Virus record (IMG/VR): IMGVR_UViG_3300032260_000001
Location: 1-62,562 of that record
DNA length: 62,562 bases
Strand: one strand, 5' to 3'
Source: a virus
Lineage: Duplodnaviria; Caudoviricetes
Shown here: positions 16,870 to 24,267 of the stretch, piece after piece
Layout of the letters: the number at the start of each line of letters is the position of its first letter
How positions within the stretch are numbered: the first letter of the stretch is position 1
Made by a program: the position numbers and the translations under genes
The notes under the pieces: model-generated
What the model saw: the letters and a program-made list of their open reading frames with translations, nothing else
Told to the model about the DNA's origin: nothing
Databases searched by the model: none

Positions 16870-17231
16870 TAACCTATTGATTTCATTGGGGTTGGGAAAT
16901 GGGCAATTTAAAACTACTGTATAAACTGCGTGTTTCAGCCTGTGGATAACTTTGAGCGACGCTAAGCTATTGATTAATATAGTATATTAGCAAGTGCTGT
17001 ATTTAACATAATGAATGTTATGCGAACCACTTTTTTAGTGTGTTAATAGCTGTACGTCAGGTATGCAACGCCAAAAAACATCAGCACAAGCGACAAAAAA
17101 CCAAGCTTTATCCACACTCTCCACCGTTGCGGCTCGTCTGCGTGCCTGTAGGCCATAACTCCACAAGTGAGGGCGAAAAGGTCTAACCCACAGAGAGTGG
17201 CGATGAGTGGAGTATTCATAACCTATTGATT
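16870..17231. promoter_or_regulatory. Three IHF consensus sites and two DnaA boxes
   Basis: AATCAATAG(G/C)TTA on the minus strand at 16870, 16963, 17219; TTATCCACA at 16941 (-) and 17108 (+). Confidence 0.7.
17001..17028 (-). other. dif-like XerCD recombination site
   Basis: GGTTCGCATAA-CATTCA-TTATGTTAAAT; XerD arm identical to and XerC arm one mismatch from E. coli dif. Confidence 0.88.
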
Positions 17232-17237
17232 CCTATG

Positions 17238-17639
17238 CTATTTCTCGGTTGGCCCTGTGGAACTGGCAACTAGATCAAGCAAACTATCCGATACGCTGAT
17301 GTTTGTGTCAACCTCTGTTTTGTCCTTCCATCTGAAATTATTCTTTAGATTGAAAATGGTGCCAGCGCACGCCGTACCGCCTAATCTCCGCTCTAATGCC
17401 ATTTCTATCTTTTGTTTAGCTCTTTTTACCGTCGCAGAATATTCGTCGTCAGTGCCGTATGACCTTAGAGTTTCTGTGGTTATATCCAAATGGTACGCAA
17501 GCCCCGACACGGTTGGGCTGTAGATCTTTTTGTCTCCATCTTCAACCCACGCATCCCCGGTATCTTTGTCGAAATATGCGTCTATTCGTTCCTGTAATTC
17601 TTCTTTAGACTTGAATGCTGGTGGTTTTCCTGCAGGCAT
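17238..17639 (-). CDS. terS: Terminase small subunit (P22 gp3-like DNA-packaging family)
   Basis: GKPPAF...IDAYF...PTVSGLAYHL...IFNLKNNFRWKD; GAGG RBS before ATG at 17639. Confidence 0.85.
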   Translation of the reverse strand: MPAGKPPAFKSKEELQERIDAYFDKDTGDAWVEDGDKKIYSPTVSGLAYHLDITTETLRSYGTDDEYSATVKRAKQKIEMALERRLGGTACAGTIFNLKNNFRWKDKTEVDTNISVSDSLLDLVASSTGPTEK

Positions 17640-17737
17640 AGTTTGTACCTCTCTATGATTATTTGTTAACTTTTGTGGTTGACACATGTATACGCCTGGT
17701 CCATACTCTCTTCACACATTCAACTAAGGATATAAAA

Positions 17738-18154
17738 ATGATTAACTCTGAAAGAGTGATAAATAAAGGCGATACGTTTGTGAATGAGGGTAATGGCGGT
17801 CAAGAAGTCACAGTAACAACGACAAGTTTCAACGGAATGGCTGGCGTTATTGGTTATGAGCTTCACGACTCTTTCCGTTTTTCATCTCTTAAACATAGTA
17901 ATTGTGAAGATGGGGCGTTTAGAGAGACATTTTCAGATATCACAATAGAAAAACTAACTGTGAATCAAGCTGTTCGCAAAGCGTGCAAAGAAGTTCACGA
18001 AAATGATCCGGGCAAAAAAGTAGAAAAAGCGCTTAACTTGCTAGGGTACGGTGGCGAGCGGGTTTATAACTATTCTCTTTCTCAATTCGATACGAAGAGC
18101 GTCACCAGGTCTGTTCTACTCTTTATGGAAACATACGGTTGCATCATAAATTAA
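17738..18154 (+). CDS. Hypothetical early protein
   Basis: TTGACA-17-CATACT promoter and TAAGGA RBS. Confidence 0.65.
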   Translation: MINSERVINKGDTFVNEGNGGQEVTVTTTSFNGMAGVIGYELHDSFRFSSLKHSNCEDGAFRETFSDITIEKLTVNQAVRKACKEVHENDPGKKVEKALNLLGYGGERVYNYSLSQFDTKSVTRSVLLFMETYGCIIN

Positions 18155-18351
18155 TGGACCTACAGAAGTACATTGATCGTTATTACAACGGGAATAATTC
18201 TGCCTTTGGAAGGGCTCAGGTGTCTGAGTCTCTTCCTTGTGGGGTTAAGCGGTCCCAGGTTGCTAAGTGGCTTGCCATGGGGTTTGTTGTCAAAGATCAT
18301 GTTCTTTATGATCCACGACCTAAGCGTCAACTAGCTGTCCCCACTAATTAG
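18154..18351 (+). CDS. Small Cro-like/HTH-like protein
   Basis: MDLQKYIDRYYNGNNSAFGRA...VKRSQVAKW; TAATG coupling. Confidence 0.55.
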   Translation: MDLQKYIDRYYNGNNSAFGRAQVSESLPCGVKRSQVAKWLAMGFVVKDHVLYDPRPKRQLAVPTN

Positions 18352-18614
18352 TAATATAATTGTTCCAACACGGCCCCGTTCACGTTTTTTGTGCTTCGGG
18401 GTTTTTTTTGTGGTGTTAGGGTGTGGCGTGTTGAATAGCGAGGATGATGATGATTACTGTTAGGCCTGCGCCTGCAAGGGCTGAAGCGATGATTAGTCCG
18501 AATTCGTGTGTAGTCATGGTTTTGTTGGTCCTGTGAGGCTGTGTGAGGCGTTATCTCTTTGTGGGCTAGGCCTTGGTATGGGTTGATTTGGCTGTTTTCG
18601 TGTAAGCCTGTTTA

Positions 18615-18884
18615 ATGGAGGACTGTATGAATAATGATGATGCTTTCTTTATGCTGGTTATGTTTAACGTGTTTATCTGGTTTCTTTTTGCTAGGGCTAA
18701 GTTGTTTGTCTATCATCAACGCAAGTACTTAGCTGAGATAAAAGAGAGGACTGAGGCCGCAACCGCCATGAAGTCTCTTGATCGCATTGAAGCTGAGTTA
18801 GATAATCACCCTAAGTTCTATCGGTCCGTGTTTGACTTAAGGAAGTGGACGTATAAACAGTTTTTTAGTACCAATTTGTTGTGA
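18615..18884 (+). CDS. Hypothetical membrane-anchored protein
   Basis: GGAGG RBS; TM segment. Confidence 0.55.
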   Translation: MEDCMNNDDAFFMLVMFNVFIWFLFARAKLFVYHQRKYLAEIKERTEAATAMKSLDRIEAELDNHPKFYRSVFDLRKWTYKQFFSTNLL

Positions 18885-19173
18885 GTTGGTAGGTTATTGG
18901 TATTAATAATCGCCTTCTTTAACGCCTCTTCTAGGGTGTCCCCTGTGTATTGGATGTTAGCCTCTTCCCCGTCGATTAGATTGAATCTTTCATTATCCTG
19001 TTCAATCATTGCGGTGTTTGCTCCTAAAAGCGTCTAGGACGGGGATCTTAGGGCATTTCTAACAAGTCTGCTTATAATAGCGGATCTTAGATAACTTCGG
19101 GTTATTGGGTTACCCTCCCACAGTAGTCTCCAAAATAAATCCTCTGTTGAGGTGGGGTATTCATATTTAGCCA

Positions 19174-19437
19174 TTAGTACAGAATCCGCCCCACCCTTTC
19201 AAATCTTAGTCTAGGCTTAATAAGGTCTTTGTCGCCCCACTTGTTTCTAGGTTCACCCATCCAATCAAAATAAACACTATAGTCCCCGCGTCCCATGTCT
19301 TCGATTGCACTGGCTAAAGTTCCGCCGTTTTTAATCATGAAACGCACGTTGTATTTTTCTTGATCTGTTAAACGTTGAAAGAGCCGCTTACCTCTCTTTG
19401 TTGCCCCTCTCAAAAGTTTGCTATTGGTGCCTCTCAT
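19174..19437 (-). CDS. Hypothetical protein
   Basis: ORF track. Confidence 0.55.
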   Translation of the reverse strand: MRGTNSKLLRGATKRGKRLFQRLTDQEKYNVRFMIKNGGTLASAIEDMGRGDYSVYFDWMGEPRNKWGDKDLIKPRLRFERVGRILY

Positions 19438-19446
19438 AAATTACCC

Positions 19447-19779
19447 CTAGTCTTTGAGTAGTTCTTTGCCAATGGCGTTTAGCATTGTTGTTACATCGCC
19501 GGGTAGCATCAGGTTAAGCTTTTGCCCCACGTATGATGGGTCCAGCTCGTTGTCTAGGTTAAAATAGTACATTCCGCGATACAAGAGGCTTACGAGATAA
19601 GAGCCTGCTGGATTCCCGCCAAAGGGCATTACGCCTGTTTTTGTAAATTGAGGGATTATAGACATAACGTAAGCATTAACGCCGTCGAGCCCGAAGCTAA
19701 AAAGGATATTCTCTTTATTCTTGAGCTTCGCCGCTAGCATTGGAGCATCATCTAAACGACACATTCCGTATTCGTCCAA
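19447..19779 (-). CDS. Hypothetical protein
   Basis: ORF track; GGGG RBS. Confidence 0.6.
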   Translation of the reverse strand: MDEYGMCRLDDAPMLAAKLKNKENILFSFGLDGVNAYVMSIIPQFTKTGVMPFGGNPAGSYLVSLLYRGMYYFNLDNELDPSYVGQKLNLMLPGDVTTMLNAIGKELLKD

Positions 19780-19798
19780 TATTAACCCCTTTTATAGT

Positions 19799-20065
19799 CT
19801 AATAATCTTCCTGTATTTTACCACATTTGCGGCACACGCACCCGTCGGGGGTTAAATAGAACAAGTTGTTATCACAACCACAATGCACAGTGTATTCGGG
19901 CAATACTGAATGTTTCAACACCCCCGTCCGTCTTTCGCATTCTGGACAGTCTAGATGAACAGTTCCCAGGGGCGCGATTGCGTGCCACTCACTACCGCAT
20001 TCTAGGCACATAGCAGGGCCGGATAGGTGCGGGATATAGTCACTAAGCTGGATAATATTACTCAT
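19799..20065 (-). CDS. Zn-finger protein
   Basis: CxxC, CPEC, CxC, CRKC motifs. Confidence 0.65.
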   Translation of the reverse strand: MSNIIQLSDYIPHLSGPAMCLECGSEWHAIAPLGTVHLDCPECERRTGVLKHSVLPEYTVHCGCDNNLFYLTPDGCVCRKCGKIQEDY

Positions 20066-20090
20066 TCAATAAGATAATCCGTCAACAATG

Positions 20091-20119
20091 TTGATTTTAT
20101 TTATTCGTGAGTCTACAAT
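20091..20119 (+). promoter_or_regulatory. Sigma70 promoter, near-duplicate of 20488-20515
   Basis: TTGATT-17-TACAAT; both share AATGTTGA and TCTACAATGATGAT. Confidence 0.65.
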
Positions 20120-20153
20120 GATGATAAGTCAACTAACAAAGAAAGGGAAAATA

Positions 20154-20474
20154 ATGGCCATCCTACATACTCAGCTACTCGCACCAACAAAAACAGGTTA
20201 CTCAATTTTATTTGAAGCGCTGGAAGAAGACACACCCATTGAAGACGCTCTTTCCTTTGAGGCAACGGGCGTGGACCATTCCGATTTTATAGATAAAGTT
20301 CATACGGGTGACGCTGTATGGTTTATGGCAAAAATAACAGTGTTTAAGAGCGCGTCGAAGGCCGGTGACGCTTATTTAGGTTGCTGTGGTTATAGCTCGT
20401 TTGAAGAGTTTTTAACTAGTAGCGATTATTTGCCCCAAATGATTTCAGACGCATTAGAAGAGGCTGAGGGATAA
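20154..20474 (+). CDS. Hypothetical early protein
   Basis: AAGGG RBS before MAILHT. Confidence 0.6.
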   Translation: MAILHTQLLAPTKTGYSILFEALEEDTPIEDALSFEATGVDHSDFIDKVHTGDAVWFMAKITVFKSASKAGDAYLGCCGYSSFEEFLTSSDYLPQMISDALEEAEG

Positions 20475-20487
20475 ATAATCATCAATG

Positions 20488-20515
20488 TTGACATTCTCTC
20501 AAATACATCTACAAT
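20488..20515 (+). promoter_or_regulatory. Sigma70 promoter
   Basis: TTGACA-16-TACAAT. Confidence 0.65.
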
Positions 20516-20560
20516 GATGATTGCTAGCAGTTAACAACCAACACAACTAAGGACTAGAAA

Positions 20561-21265
20561 ATGACTACTACAAACCTAACCAATGTCCGCGCTGATTTTA
20601 AAGGTGCTTATATAGAACAAGACGACAACATCAAGTTGTTTCTATCACGCCAGGGTGTGTCCAAAACATTAAACTGCGCACATCCTCTGTTTTTTGTTGA
20701 GATAGGGGATAATGGCGTTAATAACCTGTATTCAGCTCATGTGAGTTATTCAAACGATACTGGGCGGCACGGACCGAAGAATACAGGACAGATTTACAAA
20801 TCCTCCCATAAACTCAATAACGAGAACGAGGCATTACGCTTTGTTGAGGAACACGCTGGCGAATTGGCAAAAATCCCCGTAACCGTCGATGAGCAAACGC
20901 TTAGCTACTGCCATGGATGGACTTCGTATGACTACCAAAAAGAGGATAAATTTATTTCTCCTGTTTTCTACTGCGAGTATAGCGACACCATTAGGTTGTC
21001 AGTCTCTAATATTTGTTTGGCTGCATTTACTGATGGTTCTCTCGATAATTTGGATTTGGATGTGGACACAGCAGCAAAACAATATATCCCTTTAATTGAA
21101 AGAGTTATGTCCAACGGTTTTCACGCTTGTGATCGGAAAAATGGTGATGATTACTGCAAACGCCGCTTGGCTTGGTTGTTAGGGTGTCGCGTTTTATCAG
21201 AAATGCCCGATGTTGGCTCTAAATGGTGCAATCAGAATATGGCACTAGTGAAAAATCATTTGTAA
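20561..21265 (+). CDS. Hypothetical early protein
   Basis: 234 aa; TAAGGA RBS. Confidence 0.7.
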   Translation: MTTTNLTNVRADFKGAYIEQDDNIKLFLSRQGVSKTLNCAHPLFFVEIGDNGVNNLYSAHVSYSNDTGRHGPKNTGQIYKSSHKLNNENEALRFVEEHAGELAKIPVTVDEQTLSYCHGWTSYDYQKEDKFISPVFYCEYSDTIRLSVSNICLAAFTDGSLDNLDLDVDTAAKQYIPLIERVMSNGFHACDRKNGDDYCKRRLAWLLGCRVLSEMPDVGSKWCNQNMALVKNHL

Positions 21266-21669
21266 CGTTTAAAACGCCCCTAAGGTTGCTAGAGACAACC
21301 AAAGGGGCTAACGGTAACCGACATGTGCATCAGTTAAGGACATTATATCATGACAAAATCAACGCTTAAAGCCATCCTAGAAAATCACCACATCGAATAT
21401 GTAGTGCAAGACGGCCAAATCTTTGCTTTAGAAATCTACACTCGTGACGCCAAAACATATGCTGAATGGGTGCTTATCACTTATTCAAACATTATGGCCT
21501 GGTTGGGGTACTAAAATGAGTTTAAAAGCGCGTCAAATCATGCTTATCGCCCGTATCGAATCGTTTGAATCCATGAGTATTAGGGAACTTCAGGCGCACG
21601 CTAGGGAAATGGCCGAGAGCAAGCAAGCTCTTCTTGAAGTAACCAACCAAATCAACAAAGGACAATAAA

Positions 21670-22122
21670 ATGGCTGATAAAACTATTGATAATAATGTTC
21701 CTAGTCGATACATCCTTGACGGTTCGGAATCGTTTGCTGGTTACTGCCAAACAAGCACGTACACAACCACCGATGGAGTGGAGCGCGTGGCCTATCATAA
21801 AGGCAAAACCCTAGCCGAATATCTAGCCGAATTCCCTCAAATGCGTGTAGTGGATGGGAAAGAGCTTGATTCTTTACTCAATGGGCACTATGAAGACTGT
21901 AAAAAAGGCACCGTTAAAGAAATATCAGAGGAAACATATAACGACATGTTAAATGTGCTTCCCCCTTGCCGCTGGGATGGTGGAAGCTTTCATATAAGCG
22001 AAAGATTCACCGCCAATCTTGTTTCCTGGTATTTCCGCATAGGGAAGAAGCACTACACCCTGATAGACGAGGCAGATGCTAACAAAGTTGATTTGTGCCA
22101 GCGTATTATCGATGAAAAATAA
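21670..22122 (+). CDS. DUF1419-like protein
   Basis: EISEETYNDMLNVLPP...FHISE motif; AAGGA RBS. Confidence 0.6.
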   Translation: MADKTIDNNVPSRYILDGSESFAGYCQTSTYTTTDGVERVAYHKGKTLAEYLAEFPQMRVVDGKELDSLLNGHYEDCKKGTVKEISEETYNDMLNVLPPCRWDGGSFHISERFTANLVSWYFRIGKKHYTLIDEADANKVDLCQRIIDEK

Positions 22123-22134
22123 GGAGCTAACGCC

Positions 22135-22386
22135 GTGGCTAAATACACCTATGAAGTATCTTTTCTCGGTCGTAAAATTAAAACCTTAGGTCCTCGCTAC
22201 CTCATTGCTGACAAGTTCCACAGTAATACTGAGATTGATGGGAGTCGAAATATCCGAGATTTTGATGGCTTCTCGTCCCTCTTCGATAAATATGAATTCA
22301 TCACCGCTGTGCAACTTGTCGATATTGAGTTTAATGAAAACGCCCCAGAGGAAGAGCTAAAAACCAAAGGGGCAAAACGGAGTTAA
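22135..22386 (+). CDS. Hypothetical protein
   Basis: TAAGGAG RBS. Confidence 0.6.
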   Translation: MAKYTYEVSFLGRKIKTLGPRYLIADKFHSNTEIDGSRNIRDFDGFSSLFDKYEFITAVQLVDIEFNENAPEEELKTKGAKRS

Positions 22387-22387
22387 A

Positions 22388-22633
22388 ATGGCTAAAAGTG
22401 AAGGTAGAAACAGTAAAGAATTTAAAAAGCTTACCAAAAAATTAGGCCCTCAACAGGTTGCCGACATTTTTAACAAACGGGTTGAGGTCGGTATAACCTT
22501 TAAAATAGTTCAAGGCTGGCGGGCTCATCACACAGCGACCTACCACCGGAACATCCCGACTATAACCCTCGAATACTACAAGCTTCAATTGGAATACGAC
22601 AAGCTTCAACAAGAGAAGCAATCACCCAAATAA
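22388..22633 (+). CDS. Hypothetical HTH-like protein
   Basis: GPQQVADIF...VQGW; GGAG RBS. Confidence 0.5.
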   Translation: MAKSEGRNSKEFKKLTKKLGPQQVADIFNKRVEVGITFKIVQGWRAHHTATYHRNIPTITLEYYKLQLEYDKLQQEKQSPK

Positions 22634-22656
22634 TCAACTCCCTCTAGGGTTCTGCT

Positions 22657-22947
22657 CTAGAGGGGTTTTATCTCCACCACAAATTCCCCAACCACATTAC
22701 TTATATACTTCTGCCCTGGTCTCTTGTTCCCACCCTTAACCACCCTCACCTTCTGGGTAAAATCGTCAACAGTTCTTGTCTCGGTAAACGTACAAGCATC
22801 TATTTTTGCCATTGCACATACCAAACGCTGTGCCACTTGTTCGTCGGTTTCTAACTTACCCTTAACTTTCCTCGGGCAATCAGATATCCCCCCGGACTTC
22901 GTATTCTTCACACGATCCGCACGACGGATGGAAATTTTATTCATCAA
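22657..22947 (-). CDS. Hypothetical protein
   Basis: GAGG RBS; coupled to upstream gene. Confidence 0.55.
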   Translation of the reverse strand: MMNKISIRRADRVKNTKSGGISDCPRKVKGKLETDEQVAQRLVCAMAKIDACTFTETRTVDDFTQKVRVVKGGNKRPGQKYISNVVGEFVVEIKPL

Positions 22948-23129
22948 ATTAACCTCTTGCTGACCAAAATGGTGATTATTTCCTCAATCTCTCTGTCTTC
23001 TCTCAAGATTTGCTCAGTGTAACCGCCCTTGCCCTGCCCACCACCGGGGGGGAATGCATCGTAGGGGGCGACGTTGGTTTTAATCAGCTGGTGCCCGAAG
23101 AAACCAACCTGCCCTTGTCTAAGGATCAT
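22944..23129 (-). CDS. Small hypothetical late protein
   Basis: ATGA coupling; EDREIEEII tail. Confidence 0.5.
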   Translation of the reverse strand: MILRQGQVGFFGHQLIKTNVAPYDAFPPGGGQGKGGYTEQILREDREIEEIITILVSKRLI

Positions 23130-23737
23130 GTCGAACTAATTAAAAAAGGCTGATAGGCAGTGTAGGAACTGGCGAACACCTTAACAATAATCCACTCATC
23201 CCCCGTGATATCCGAAACATCGAGAGAAACGCTTGTGTAACCGTGAGCGTCCGTGTCGGTTGCTGAGCCGTTTATGGGTGCATACCCACCGTTGTCATTG
23301 TTAACCTCTACAAACACAGGCATAGACGCCACCGGCTGGCCTTTGTTATCAAGTATCTGTATAGGAACGTCTTTTGCTATCCCTTTCATAATCACACCGC
23401 TTGCCAGAGATTCAGGGGTAGCGGTTGGGATGTCTATTTTAACGACCTGGGTTCTCCACGCCGCTGGATCTGTTTGATCCTTAAACCGTATCCTGGCTTT
23501 TGTTCCTGCAAGTTCCGCAGCAATCAAAGCAAACGAAACCGATTCCGTACCGGCGGGCTCCACAACAGGCAAAGTAGCTATATTGGTGTAAGCGCTATAG
23601 CTTCCCCCTGCTGTTTTTAGACTTACTTGAACATCCCCCACCTCAAATGTCGGACTAATGACAAATTCGCGGGGGTCGTTGTAATCCAGTAACTCAGTGG
23701 AAAAGTCCCAGGCCTGATTATAGACAAGTTCCGGCAT
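23126..23737 (-). CDS. Putative virion structural protein (beta-rich, Ig-like)
   Basis: Acidic Thr/Val-rich; in late module. Confidence 0.6.
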   Translation of the reverse strand: MPELVYNQAWDFSTELLDYNDPREFVISPTFEVGDVQVSLKTAGGSYSAYTNIATLPVVEPAGTESVSFALIAAELAGTKARIRFKDQTDPAAWRTQVVKIDIPTATPESLASGVIMKGIAKDVPIQILDNKGQPVASMPVFVEVNNDNGGYAPINGSATDTDAHGYTSVSLDVSDITGDEWIIVKVFASSYTAYQPFLISST

Positions 23738-23800
23738 TTTATTTCATCAGTTTGTGCGAAAGGCCCCATTCAGGGATAAACTAACGGGGCGCGTAAGCTG

Positions 23801-23944
23801 CTATTCGGGCGTGTCTTCTGGTTCTGCAGGTATTAACTTTGCAAGCACCTGTTTTGCCTGCTGAACCGCTACATGTTCATCGCGGTTTAAAGGTGCCCTT
23901 GATGCTGCAGTGTCTAATATTTTAAGTGCTTGTTCTGGGTTCAT
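23801..23944 (-). CDS. Small hypothetical protein (47 aa)
   Basis: MNPEQALKILD...; GGAG RBS. Confidence 0.55.
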   Translation of the reverse strand: MNPEQALKILDTAASRAPLNRDEHVAVQQAKQVLAKLIPAEPEDTPE

Positions 23945-23946
23945 TC

Positions 23947-24255
23947 TTATCTCCACGCTGAATTAATATAGGTTTCTACCGTGTTTGTGGTGCTGATTGC
24001 TATTTGTGTGCCTTCTGCAATAGAGTCAACAAGCGCGTTTTTTTGAGTACTCGTGATAACGGGTAATATTTCATTATCACCGACAAGATTTTCGCGGACT
24101 ATTTTTGTTGTACCGTTGCCTCCCGTAATACTCAATTTAACCTTGCCATCACCATCTTTTACTACACAAGTGTCCCTATTACCTACCGTCGATTCAGTAA
24201 AAGTGTATGTTGGAAATCTGTTTTCTAAGTCTAGTTTATATATTTCGCTGCTCAT
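23947..24255 (-). CDS. Putative tail-associated protein
   Basis: C-terminus resembles tail-fibre repeat segments. Confidence 0.55.
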   Translation of the reverse strand: MSSEIYKLDLENRFPTYTFTESTVGNRDTCVVKDGDGKVKLSITGGNGTTKIVRENLVGDNEILPVITSTQKNALVDSIAEGTQIAISTTNTVETYINSAWR

Positions 24256-24267
24256 TATTTTACACCC

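Noticed and set aside
16915-16940. LexA box (TACTGTATAAA...)
   Set aside because: Only a half site; no CAG at the required CTG-N10 spacing.
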